Shown piece by piece: positions 49,536 through 59,171 of a stretch of DNA of 64,000 nucleotides. Source of the DNA: Roseibacillus sp. (lineage in GTDB: Bacteria > Verrucomicrobiota > Verrucomicrobiia > Verrucomicrobiales > Akkermansiaceae); assembly GCA_965242925.1 (NCBI GenBank), contig CBDEUM010000029.1:64001-128000 (forward strand). Direction: 5' to 3'. A program made the translations under genes and the position numbers. The number at the start of each line of letters is the position of its first letter. Positions within the stretch are counted from its first letter, which is position 1. The notes beneath the pieces were generated by a model that saw only the letters and a program-made list of their open reading frames with translations, was not told where the DNA came from and did no database searches.

Positions 49536-52500
49536 CTAGGGAGCGCGGTTTCGAAGGATCACGCGGAGCCGGACATGCCCCTTGGGAGGGGCCCCGGGCA
49601 AAATGCCGATGGTGACGAGGATTCGCCCATCTGCGAGGTTTTCCCGCCCGGGGAGGGGCCAGTTGGGTGGGGCCGTTCCCCAGTTCTGGAGATCCGGCGA
49701 GAATTCCAGGGTCAGGCTGACATCCTCCGCTGCGGGATCGACCGGGTAGCGGAGGGCCCAGGTTCCACCGGGGACGCGGACAATCTCGAAGGCAGGTGCC
49801 GCATCAAAGGAGAGGTCGTCGGAGCCCAGGGCATACTCCAGGATCGCAGGATGGCGGTCTCGATCACGATCAGCGTTTGGATCGCCGACAAAGGATCGGG
49901 CATCACTGGTGGCTGGGGAGCCACCGGGAAGGACGCTGGCCCGCCAGTTGGCCGGATCGGAGGGGTCGGGATTTCTGCCGGGAGTGATCAGAGTGAGAGA
50001 ATAGCCGGTGGTGTCGGGGATCGGGGACCAGGGGAGTTCGTCATCGTAGCGGAAGGAACGGATGAGCGTGCCGTCGTGTGCGAGCAGGGCGAGGGTGTCA
50101 CCGCCATTGTCAAGATCGCCGGTGAACTCTCCCGCGATGGCAAGACCGGTTCCATACTCCGCCTCGAAGGCGGCGAGGTTGTCGACGAGAAGAACGCGCT
50201 CGCCGGGTGCGAGAACGAATCCTGCAGGAAACTCGAATTTGATTCCGGCAACAAACCGGACTGCGGTCAGGTCGATGGGAGTGTCCGCGATGTTCATCAG
50301 TTCCACGAACTCCAGGGTGCCGCCGCCGAGGGGGTTGTAGTGGATCTCCGTGAGGACCAGGTTGGCGGAACTGGCAGGATCACCCACGATGAAGAGAGCT
50401 TCGTTGAGGGCGGACCACTCGCCATTGTGGAGCGTGCGGGCCCTGATCGTTCCCGTGGTGGTCAGAGCGATCCCGTCTGCCGCGACGACCCTGGCGCTGG
50501 GATTGACCGCTCCCCCGCGGAGGCGGGGGTCGGATCCATCCCGGGTATGGTAGATCGTACCCGCAGGTGCGGTGATCTGGAGCTGGCGGCCGGTGGAAAC
50601 AACTCCGCCGGGCCGGGAGAACCCGGGTGCGACGAGATCGGGATAGAGGCCCTGGGCACGGAACTGGCCGAGAACGATGGTGGAGCGCCGGGGGAACCAG
50701 TTGTCGAGGAGGCTCTGCCGCAATGGGTTGAAGTCGTTCTCGACGGTGTAGGGAACGGCCCGCCGATAGTCGCCCCAGCGGGCACTCTCCGCGATGAGAG
50801 CCTGTTCAATCTCCCCGGTGACTTCCATCCAGCGTGCGGCCGCGTTCGTGGCGGTGAGTGGACCATCGTTGGCGAAGGCCCGGTGAAGGTGATCGGCGAA
50901 GAGCAGGCGGTACTCCGCATTGACCCGCAGGGGATGGTGGAACTTGGTGGGCGAGTCGTCATCGCGTGAGTGCGGGGTGGTGCGATTGATGGTGACCGAC
51001 GGCTTCATTCCGTGCTCGTTGTCCCAACTGAAGAACTTGAAGCCGGTGCCACGGGCATTGCGATCGAGTCCGATGTAGTTGTTGCCGGGCCAGTCGGTGG
51101 CAGCGGAGTACATGTTGTGGATCATGTAGTCGATGAGGTTGGGCACATCGAGGTGGGCCGGGCGCCGCGGATCCGGTGTTCCATCGGGGGAGTTTCCCTG
51201 AAGGGCCTGGTAGGGGGCGTTCCTGGTGAAGTCCCGGTAGCCGGCGTTCCAGTTGCCGGGGTCGTTCTGGATCAGAGCGAGGAGGTCGCGGTAGGCTTCG
51301 CCATTTCCGTCAATGACTTCCTCGTGATTCTTCAGGGAATCCTGGTCGTCCTTGTCGCCACCAAAGTAGCTCGCCATGAAGGCCGCGTCGGGTCGTTCGA
51401 CCGGATTGTAGACGCCCCAGTAGAGGCCGTTGAGGTAGAGGTGGACCCAGATCCCGTGCGGACTGGGTCGGCCCATGGCAAGCTGGGTGCGCCGGGTCCA
51501 TTCATCCCGCACGAACTGGCCCTGCCGGTTGCTGGTCGAGTCGTAGACCCAGGCATCCTGGGCGTTGGAGCGGAGGATGATGGTGTCGAATTCCCGGGCG
51601 GCGTCCGGACCGAAGAGGGGATAGCGCAGCTTTCCGGGGCCATACATCTTCCGGAACGCCAATCGCAGGGAGTGTTTGGGATTCCGGCTGGGATTGCGGG
51701 AGGTAAACCCCTGCATGCGAATGCCGCAGTCGATCTGGATCAACGCACCCTCGATGGGATCGATCAATTCGACCGAGCACGATCGTTCCCAGGCCATCCC
51801 GCGTCCTTCCGTGTTGTGATAGATTCCGGTTGCGGTTCCGAAGAGATCGCCGACATCCATCACGATCGACATGGTGGGGAGGGATTTGAGAGCCCCGACA
51901 ATGATGGACTTGGCCTCCTCCTGGCTGGCGTCTGGCTCGTTGACAATTGCCCGCAGACCGGCGAGGTCCTGGTCCATTGCGTAATCCCATCCGGTCCAGG
52001 TGATGGGAAAGCCTGCCGGCCTCCGTGGTTGGTTTGGGACCTGGGCGGGAAAGAGATAGGTCTGGGTATCCACATTGGCAGGTTCGTGGCCCTCGAGGAA
52101 GGCGGCGGCTCTCAGGATGGTGGTCCGCCGGATCGTGATCCCCGGAGCGCCGGGATAGGTGATCCCGTTGGTGAGGGTGGGAGCGGAGCCATCGGTTGTG
52201 TAGCGGATGAGAGCGCCCGGGGTCTCGGTGGTGATCTCGACCTGGAATGGACGCTCATAGAACCCACGGTGATGGGAGAAGCGGGTGTCGGAGACAAAGC
52301 CGGTGACCGCCGCCCCGTGGTTCCTGCCTCCCGGAGTAGGAGTGGCGAAGTAGCCGGTTTCGAGCGGGGCGACCATTCCGTGCAACCCGTAGGAGATATC
52401 CTCCCGCTGGCGCGGATAGGAGACGAATTCGCTGGCGGCTGCGACGGAGTTGTCAGCGGTCGGTCTGACCAGGGCGAGGTGGCCGCCGGCCGCCTTGTTG

Positions 52501-53462
52501 ATCCGGAAGTTGGTGTGAAAGTGGCCCCTGGCGTCGGTGTAATCGGCGGTGAGTTGTCCGGAGGCGAAGACGACAAGATACTGGTCGGGTTCGAGGGAGA
52601 TCGCGGGGAAAGGCCACTTCCTCAGTTCTTCCGGATCATCGGTGAGGTGCCACCCGTCGAGCGAGACCACTTCAACGGTTGAGTTCCAGATCTCCACCCA
52701 GTCGCTCGAGTTGCCGTCGCCGTCAGTGAGGGTGTCCTCGTTGGAAGCCATGAATTCGTTGAGGAGGACTTCGCCCAGGACAAGCGGGGGCGGGGGTGGG
52801 CCAGAGGCCTGCAGGGTGAATCCTGCCAGGGCGAAGTGATCGGCCGGACCGTTGTCGGGGCCGCGGATGAAGTCGAGATGCACCTCGCTGTTTCCCAGGA
52901 CCGAGAACTCACAGAGGTGAGTGGTCAGTTCGGCGCTCGAGTTGTCAGAGACCGTCAGTCCCTGAGCGACCGTGACATTGTCGCCTGCGGAGTCGCTGAG
53001 GACGATGTCGAAGGGCGTGGCCGGACCGCGCTCGCTGGCTCCGAACTGCGTGGTGTGGTGGTAGGAGGTGAGCTCATAGGTTCCATCCTTCAGCCCCGCG
53101 AAACTGAGAGTCATGATTCCAGGGCGGTTGAGCAGCGGACCATCGGAGAGCAGATCACTCCGGGCGGCGAATACTCCGGTGGCGGAAGCGTAGTCACGGG
53201 TATGGGAGTTGCCTGCGACGGTGACCCGGACCGTCCCCCCGGGTTCAGCCAGTTCGTCATCCCGAAAGTCGGCGGATACCTCTTCTCCCCCGGTGGCAGG
53301 CAGGACGAATCCCTGCCACCCGGCCTGCAAGGGATTGCTTCCTCCTTGATCGGTGCGACTGAAGTCGACCAGGAGAGCCTGTCCCTGAAGGTGCTGGTGA
53401 GCCAGGAGGCTCGTGAGAACCGCCAGAGGGGGGATAGCCCAATTGAGAGGGGAGGAGGGCAT
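49536..53462 (-). CDS. Secreted lamin-tail / FN3-associated / CotH-kinase / lamin-tail protein
   Basis: LNEFMASN...DWVEIWN and LTEIHYNP...EFVELMN (lamin tail); IRYTTDGSAP; HLYLNGLYWGVY, DWPGNN and WDNE (CotH). Confidence 0.85.
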   Translation of the reverse strand: MPSSPLNWAIPPLAVLTSLLAHQHLQGQALLVDFSRTDQGGSNPLQAGWQGFVLPATGGEEVSADFRDDELAEPGGTVRVTVAGNSHTRDYASATGVFAARSDLLSDGPLLNRPGIMTLSFAGLKDGTYELTSYHHTTQFGASERGPATPFDIVLSDSAGDNVTVAQGLTVSDNSSAELTTHLCEFSVLGNSEVHLDFIRGPDNGPADHFALAGFTLQASGPPPPPLVLGEVLLNEFMASNEDTLTDGDGNSSDWVEIWNSTVEVVSLDGWHLTDDPEELRKWPFPAISLEPDQYLVVFASGQLTADYTDARGHFHTNFRINKAAGGHLALVRPTADNSVAAASEFVSYPRQREDISYGLHGMVAPLETGYFATPTPGGRNHGAAVTGFVSDTRFSHHRGFYERPFQVEITTETPGALIRYTTDGSAPTLTNGITYPGAPGITIRRTTILRAAAFLEGHEPANVDTQTYLFPAQVPNQPRRPAGFPITWTGWDYAMDQDLAGLRAIVNEPDASQEEAKSIIVGALKSLPTMSIVMDVGDLFGTATGIYHNTEGRGMAWERSCSVELIDPIEGALIQIDCGIRMQGFTSRNPSRNPKHSLRLAFRKMYGPGKLRYPLFGPDAAREFDTIILRSNAQDAWVYDSTSNRQGQFVRDEWTRRTQLAMGRPSPHGIWVHLYLNGLYWGVYNPVERPDAAFMASYFGGDKDDQDSLKNHEEVIDGNGEAYRDLLALIQNDPGNWNAGYRDFTRNAPYQALQGNSPDGTPDPRRPAHLDVPNLIDYMIHNMYSAATDWPGNNYIGLDRNARGTGFKFFSWDNEHGMKPSVTINRTTPHSRDDDSPTKFHHPLRVNAEYRLLFADHLHRAFANDGPLTATNAAARWMEVTGEIEQALIAESARWGDYRRAVPYTVENDFNPLRQSLLDNWFPRRSTIVLGQFRAQGLYPDLVAPGFSRPGGVVSTGRQLQITAPAGTIYHTRDGSDPRLRGGAVNPSARVVAADGIALTTTGTIRARTLHNGEWSALNEALFIVGDPASSANLVLTEIHYNPLGGGTLEFVELMNIADTPIDLTAVRFVAGIKFEFPAGFVLAPGERVLLVDNLAAFEAEYGTGLAIAGEFTGDLDNGGDTLALLAHDGTLIRSFRYDDELPWSPIPDTTGYSLTLITPGRNPDPSDPANWRASVLPGGSPATSDARSFVGDPNADRDRDRHPAILEYALGSDDLSFDAAPAFEIVRVPGGTWALRYPVDPAAEDVSLTLEFSPDLQNWGTAPPNWPLPGRENLADGRILVTIGILPGAPPKGHVRLRVILRNRAP

Positions 53463-53584
53463 GGCCGACAGTTTGAGAGAGGGGAGACGACGTTGCTAAA
53501 AAAATCACCCGCTCGCGCCCGGGAGTTCTCCGGTTCGGTTCGGGGGACTGGCGCGGAGACTCCTCTTTTGCGGGGTTTTCCGCC

Positions 53585-56500
53585 CTAGCGCAGCTCCTTG
53601 ACGGTCCAGAGAGTTGTTCGTTCCTTCACCTTTTCCCGCAGGGTTCTGGACTCGGATGTGCTGACCGGGGCGGCGTCGTTGGACCACCGTTGCCGGGCGT
53701 AGGTGAGAACGTCGGCGATGTCCTGGTCGCTCAGGTCGACATGGGGAGGCATGACGTTGTTGAACTTCCGGCCGTTCACTTCGATGGGGCCCATCAGTCC
53801 CTTGAGGAGAATCTTGATGGGAACCGCAGGGTCTCCAGTGAGCCAGTCAGATCCGTCCAGCGGCGGGAAGGCGCCCTCCACGCCGATCCCTTCAGGACCG
53901 TGGCAGGCAATGCAGGTGCGGTTGTAGATGGCTTCTCCGCGTTCGTGAACAGAGGTATCGATCTTGTGCCTGCGCTCAGCCACCCGCTCGTCGGGAGACT
54001 GAGATTCGACACTTTGCTGGAGTGACTTCGCAAACGCGTCCCCCTTTTCAGCACGTTTCCTGAGGAAGGAGACAAGGGTGCTCTTGGCGGCCGGTGAAGT
54101 GGTCTTGCCGAAGTGGGAGGCGATGGTGAGGACCGTGCCGCCCAGGCCGGACTCCCCGGACTCCTGGAGGTAGATATCGTCATACCAGGCAGTCCCGGTC
54201 TGGCCACCGTAGCCGCCGTAGAGAGCGTGAATGACGATCTCCGTTGCGCTGCCGGAATCGAATTCGACAGAGTATTCAGTCCATCCGGTGGTGCCACGAA
54301 CGGCCTTGGTGCGGTGACCCACGCCATGGACGTTGAACATCGATCCGCTGCCATTGACATTCTCGGTCCTGATCCAGCCGCCCAGGCGGTAGCGCGTGTT
54401 GCGCTTTACCTTTGCCGTGGCGCCCCAGCCGGAGTCGGAGCGCTGGTCACTGGTGACCTTGAGGCAGGCCGTTCCGTTCCGCCCTTCCTTCACCGCCGTG
54501 AAGCTGGCAGTACGGGAGCCGCTGTAGAAGCGTGGGCTCCAGCCCTCCGGTTTGTCACCGTTGACCTTCTCGATGTTGCCGTTGGAAAGGACGTCCTTCG
54601 GACCGGTGGTTTTCCCGGGCCGGATGCTGGCAAGGGCTCCTTTCACGAAGCCCCCTCCATGGCGCCGGGCCGCGACCTGGAAAGCGTCGTGAAGGACCGG
54701 GTCATTGAGGATGGCGCCGGCATCATCGGTGAGAAGATGAACCAGTGCTTTTCCGATCGTTTCGGAAGCGCCAAGGCGGGAGAAGGAAAGCAGGAGGTCG
54801 AGAAGAACGCGCGGTTGCGTGGCTGCAATCCTACCCTCCTTGATGAACATCGAGGCAAGGGTGCCATCGAGGGGTGCATTGCGGAGCGCGGCGCGTTTGA
54901 GGGCAAGGTCGTCGGAGGCGAGGGCAGCCTTGATGGTTTCGAGGTCAAGGGAGCCCGTTCCGGCCTTGGCGTAGAAGTGATGAATGTTGGTGACCTTGTC
55001 GATCTTCCTGCCTTCCTCCACTGCCGCACGCTGCGCTTCGAGCCGCCAGAACATGTTGGGGCTCGCAAAGTCAGCCTTGTAGGGGTCGTTCCTGGAGGCC
55101 TTGGGATAGACCCGGTAGATGCGGCCGTGTTGCTTGTCGCGGTGAGGAGTGACGTAGGCATTGCCCTGTCCCCGCTTGGCGTCGAGGCCGGAGGAGCCCT
55201 TGTTGGGGGTGGGATTGTGCTGGATGACGAGGTTGTACCAGTCGCAGATCCAGAGGGCGCCGTCAGGACCCACTTCGGCGCAGACCGGTCCCGACCAGGC
55301 ATCAGCGGAGTTGTAGATATTGTTCGGCTCCTGCCTCAGTTCAAAGCCTGCGCCTCTGGGATGACGGACCCATTGACCGACCAGCTTGCCGGTGGGGGCA
55401 CAGATGAAGGCGATGGTATTCCAGTAACGCCGGGGAAAGCGCCGTGAGGTGTAGAAGGCGTGTCCTGCCCCGGCGGTGTAGCGATGGTGGGCATCAACCT
55501 GCCTGATATCGGTGGAACTTGGGAAGAAAAGGGGATTGTCATCCGCGCGCGGGGTGCGGGGCTGGGAAAGGCCAGCCTGTTCGTAAAAGCGCCGCGGGAA
55601 GCTCAGGTAGAAGCTGGGATTGGCATTAGCGGTTGAGCCGTGAATGTCGAATTCCTCGGTGAAGCCCAGGCCCCAGGTGTTGTTTGTGGTATTTTGCAGG
55701 AATTCCATGGCGCTGGCGTCCGGCCTGAAGCGGAAGACCCCGCTGCCAAAGCTGTGTTGCGTGCCACCCACTTCACCGCCGAATCCCGAGTAGCCGGTAG
55801 TGGCCCAGATCCAGTTGTCCACCCCGTAGCGAAAGTTGGAGGTGCCCGCATGGGTATCACCCGTGCGAATACCGGTGAAGAGGACTTCCCGCACGTCGGC
55901 CCTGTCGTCTCCGTTGGTGTCCTTGAGGAAGAGGGCGTCAGACCCGTTGGTGCAGATCACCCCACCATTGGCGAAAACCATGGTGGTTGGAATGGAGAGC
56001 TTGTCGGCAAAGACGGTGAACTTGTCGGCCCGGCCGTCGTTGTCGGTGTCTTCGCAGATCTTGATGCGATCGTTACCGACGTTGCCAGCCTGGAGGTTGT
56101 TGGGATAGTCAATGGTTTCCACCACGAAGGCCCGGCCCCGTTCATCCCAGGCAATATAGATCGGATTGATGATGTCGGGCTCGGCGGCGAAGAGGGATAA
56201 TTCGAATCCCGGGGGGACCTGCGCGAGTTTGAGGGACTCCGCGGGCGGGAAGGGACTGGGGACCTGCGTCACCAGTTTGCGCTTGATGTAGCCGGGCAGC
56301 TTCACCTCCATCATTTCAACTTCTGGCAGCTTGAGGGCGGCCAGTTTTCCCCGGGCGTCGTCACCAACGCTCCAGTAGATTGCGCGCTTGAGGAGATCGT
56401 GGAAGCTGGGCTGGTCCCATACGCGATGGTCGTGCCCGGACGCAGTGTAGAACACGCGGCCCTGTCCCTGGGTCCGGATCCAGGTCCATGGTTCGCCGTC

Positions 56501-57067
56501 CCGTTTCTGGAGGATGGTACGATCCGCGCCATGGCGCTCGTGGACGTAGGTCTCGTCCCAGGCCGTGAAGCCCTGGTAGCCTTTTGTGATTTCGTGGTTG
56601 GGATTGGTGGTTTTGGCAGAGAATTCCCCGCCGCCATGAGACTTGAAGACGCCGCCCACCAGTTTCACGAAAGCCTCTGATTTCCCGTAGCACGCCGAGG
56701 CACAGTGAATGGGAAGAAAGCCGCCGCCATTTTCCACGAAGTCGACGAGGGCCTTCTCCTGCTCCGCTGGCATGGGGCCCCGCTGGGCCCAGTTGCCGTA
56801 CATGAGAACCGCGTCGAATTGTGCGAGGGTCTCTGCATTGAGCGCCTCGGCGGGGTCCTCCAGGTAGGTCAGGTTGATGCCGTCGGCACCAAGGTGTTTC
56901 TTGAGCACCCGGTAGCGGGTAACGGGGTCGTGGCCCGGATGATTTTTGGTAGGGGCGCCGAAGAAGAGGACTTCGAGTCGGCGGGCATCGTCCCTGGGAG
57001 TGATCAGCGGAGCAGCGAAGGCGGCAACGGCAAGGGCGAGGGTAAGCAGCAGCGGCGTAGATTTCAT
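53585..57067 (-). CDS. ThuA + PVC-type beta-propeller + HEAT + CBM4/9-like + cytochrome c fusion protein
   Basis: Signal peptide; ThuA motifs (HCAS, DETY, ASGHD); EDTDNDGRAD, DTHAG and NNTWG; LSNGNIE...YRLGGWIRT...AWYDDI beta-sandwich; CIACHG...MPP. Confidence 0.85.
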   Translation of the reverse strand: MKSTPLLLTLALAVAAFAAPLITPRDDARRLEVLFFGAPTKNHPGHDPVTRYRVLKKHLGADGINLTYLEDPAEALNAETLAQFDAVLMYGNWAQRGPMPAEQEKALVDFVENGGGFLPIHCASACYGKSEAFVKLVGGVFKSHGGGEFSAKTTNPNHEITKGYQGFTAWDETYVHERHGADRTILQKRDGEPWTWIRTQGQGRVFYTASGHDHRVWDQPSFHDLLKRAIYWSVGDDARGKLAALKLPEVEMMEVKLPGYIKRKLVTQVPSPFPPAESLKLAQVPPGFELSLFAAEPDIINPIYIAWDERGRAFVVETIDYPNNLQAGNVGNDRIKICEDTDNDGRADKFTVFADKLSIPTTMVFANGGVICTNGSDALFLKDTNGDDRADVREVLFTGIRTGDTHAGTSNFRYGVDNWIWATTGYSGFGGEVGGTQHSFGSGVFRFRPDASAMEFLQNTTNNTWGLGFTEEFDIHGSTANANPSFYLSFPRRFYEQAGLSQPRTPRADDNPLFFPSSTDIRQVDAHHRYTAGAGHAFYTSRRFPRRYWNTIAFICAPTGKLVGQWVRHPRGAGFELRQEPNNIYNSADAWSGPVCAEVGPDGALWICDWYNLVIQHNPTPNKGSSGLDAKRGQGNAYVTPHRDKQHGRIYRVYPKASRNDPYKADFASPNMFWRLEAQRAAVEEGRKIDKVTNIHHFYAKAGTGSLDLETIKAALASDDLALKRAALRNAPLDGTLASMFIKEGRIAATQPRVLLDLLLSFSRLGASETIGKALVHLLTDDAGAILNDPVLHDAFQVAARRHGGGFVKGALASIRPGKTTGPKDVLSNGNIEKVNGDKPEGWSPRFYSGSRTASFTAVKEGRNGTACLKVTSDQRSDSGWGATAKVKRNTRYRLGGWIRTENVNGSGSMFNVHGVGHRTKAVRGTTGWTEYSVEFDSGSATEIVIHALYGGYGGQTGTAWYDDIYLQESGESGLGGTVLTIASHFGKTTSPAAKSTLVSFLRKRAEKGDAFAKSLQQSVESQSPDERVAERRHKIDTSVHERGEAIYNRTCIACHGPEGIGVEGAFPPLDGSDWLTGDPAVPIKILLKGLMGPIEVNGRKFNNVMPPHVDLSDQDIADVLTYARQRWSNDAAPVSTSESRTLREKVKERTTLWTVKELR

Positions 57068-57226
57068 GATACGTGTCGATGGATTTGGCCTTACTATCTA
57101 CTGCCATTTCCATTGCGCCACCTGAAACGCGAAAACGTGTTTAATCTGATGGCGCGATGGGAGTTGCACTGGTCATTCCGCGACCCCGGGGGGCGACAAT
57201 TTTTCGAATCTGGCTGGACAGGAGCC

Positions 57227-58357
57227 TTACTTCAGGAACTCCACGCACATTGCGTTGGCAACTTTCACCTCGTTGCCGTTGTCTGCCAGCCTGCCGTCCT
57301 CGCCGATCCTGAAGACGGGAACATTGCCGGACCGTTGGCCCGCAACCAGGAGCCACTTGCCGTCGGGATCGACTCCGATGTTGCGGGGTATGCTCACCTT
57401 GGCGGGGATGGTTTGAATACGCTTGAGTTTGCCCTCCTCAAGCACCTTGAACACGGAGATCGAGTCACGTCCGGTTCCCTTCACGTCGCGATTGGCGGCG
57501 TAGAGGAATTTTCCGTTGGGATGAACGCGGATTTCCGAGCAGCTCATCCCGTCGGGGTCGATGTCTTTGTCCAGGGATTTGATGTCCTGCTTGCTCGTGC
57601 CCAGGAGTCCAGTTGCAGGGTCGCGGTCGTAGACGGTAACGGTCTGGTGCAGCTCGGTGAGGACGTAGGCCTGTCGTCCGTCCCGGCCGAACTTCATGTG
57701 GCGCGGTCCGGCTCCCGCCCGGGTCTCTGCGGCTCCGACCTTCTCCATGGCGGCTGTCCCGGCGCTGAGCTTGTAGATGACGACCTTGTCGATTCCGAGA
57801 TCGGGGGCGTAGGCAAACTTGTTGTCTGGTCCGGGGTAGATGGAGTGGGCGTGGGGTCCCTTCTGCCGTCTCTCGTTGATACTCGATCCCTCGTGCTGGT
57901 GGGTGGAGTTTGATTTCACCAGCGAGCCATCGTCATCGATCCTGAGGGAGGCCACGCTGCCGCTGCCGTAATTGGCCACCATCAGGCAGCTCCCGGTGGC
58001 ATCCACCGAGACGTGGCAGGGCCCGGTCCCCTCGGAGGGTTGGAGGTTAATGGGGTCGAGGGTGTAGTCGTCCCTGATGTGGAAGGCGGCGACCTGGTTG
58101 CCACCTCCGCGGGCGGTGGAGTAGAGGTGCTTCCTGTCGGGATGGATCGCGAGAAAGCCGCAGCCTGACAAGGTGGCGGCGAGTTTGGGTTTCGAAAGGG
58201 CACCCGTTTCGGTGTTGAGTTCGCAGAGGTAGATACCCTTGCTCTCACCCCGGCCCTGGGTTCCAAGATACACTTTGGTTGTCCCGGCGGTGGCTGGGGA
58301 CGGGAAGGAGGAGGTGATAAGCAGACTGGCGAAGGCTGGAGCGAATTTCTGAATCAT
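57227..58357 (-). CDS. Exported lactonase (6-phosphogluconolactonase/YbhE-type 7-bladed propeller)
   Basis: GPCHVS, ANYGSG, RQKGPHAH, DLGID, GPRH and ANR; signal peptide from ATG 58357. Confidence 0.88.
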   Translation of the reverse strand: MIQKFAPAFASLLITSSFPSPATAGTTKVYLGTQGRGESKGIYLCELNTETGALSKPKLAATLSGCGFLAIHPDRKHLYSTARGGGNQVAAFHIRDDYTLDPINLQPSEGTGPCHVSVDATGSCLMVANYGSGSVASLRIDDDGSLVKSNSTHQHEGSSINERRQKGPHAHSIYPGPDNKFAYAPDLGIDKVVIYKLSAGTAAMEKVGAAETRAGAGPRHMKFGRDGRQAYVLTELHQTVTVYDRDPATGLLGTSKQDIKSLDKDIDPDGMSCSEIRVHPNGKFLYAANRDVKGTGRDSISVFKVLEEGKLKRIQTIPAKVSIPRNIGVDPDGKWLLVAGQRSGNVPVFRIGEDGRLADNGNEVKVANAMCVEFLK

Positions 58358-58439
58358 GCAGGTCCATTCATGGGAAAACGTCACCAGACTGCAAGCCTGC
58401 CGAGCTTTTGAGATAGGACCAGGAAACCCTCGGGGGGCG

Positions 58440-58595
58440 TGTACAGGCCTCGTGGACACGAGGAAGGAGCCCCGCCTCGTCGGCAGGACTCCTTCTTCAG
58501 ATGCCTGTGTTTTGCGCTGTTTTCTTGGTTGGGAGCAGGGCGTATGGTCCCTGCCCGTTTCCAACCGCGGCCCCGGGACCTGATTTTCAGATGAG
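58440..58595 (-). ncRNA. Candidate structured RNA / leader of unknown class
   Basis: Three consecutive hairpins plus an enclosing stem; G-U pairs form only on the minus strand. See findings. Confidence 0.3.
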
Positions 58596-58703
58596 GGAAA
58601 TTATGTGATTCCCGGGGGGATTGTCCGTCCCGGGGCGCTTACATTTCAGGACCTGCAACGCTATTCTTGCGGGAGCAGGCAGGAGCAGTTACGTATCACG
58701 CCA

Positions 58704-59120
58704 ATGCGATTCCTTCTTCTTTTCCTCGTCCTTGCTTTCCAGGTGGGCGCCGCGCCGGTCGTTCCCAAAAAGGGAAGCAAGGAGTTCCGCGAGATCATGG
58801 CGGCAGTGACCGATCCGGTTGAGGATGCCGTCCACCAGTCGGTGTCCTTCCGGATCAATCACATCATGATGGAGAAGGACTGGGCTTTCGTCGATGCCCT
58901 GCCGCTGACCAAGGCGGGAAAGAGGATCAACTATGCGGGGACCATGTTCGAGGAATGGATCGAGGAGGCGGACGAAGTCCTCTGGGTCCTCCTGCGATAC
59001 AAGCGTGGTCGTTGGTATATCGTAGAGAGGGAGTTCTTTACTACTGAAGCGACTTGGATCGACTGGCCGCACTACTTCCGTGCTCCGAAGGGAATTTTCC
59101 CGAAGCTCAAGATTGACTAG
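58704..59120 (+). CDS. Small exported hypothetical protein
   Basis: Signal peptide MRFLLLFLVLAFQVGA; DWAFV...LLRY..GRWY (NTF2-like pattern). Confidence 0.7.
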   Translation: MRFLLLFLVLAFQVGAAPVVPKKGSKEFREIMAAVTDPVEDAVHQSVSFRINHIMMEKDWAFVDALPLTKAGKRINYAGTMFEEWIEEADEVLWVLLRYKRGRWYIVEREFFTTEATWIDWPHYFRAPKGIFPKLKID

Positions 59121-59171
59121 CCGTTCCAGTTCCGGTGGCTCGCCAGAGCCATTAACTTGATTTTCAATACC

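Noticed and set aside
46419..52682. Long plus-strand ORFs (46419-48581, 49491-50969, 50970-52682)
   Set aside because: Antisense shadows of the LamG and CotH genes.
58440..58595. 6S RNA, hammerhead or HDV-like ribozyme identity for the structured element
   Set aside because: Fragments such as CCGCGGTTGG...AAAACAGCG, CTGAAGA and GAAAC are present, but I could not build the 6S closing stem, the hammerhead core order or the HDV pseudoknot.
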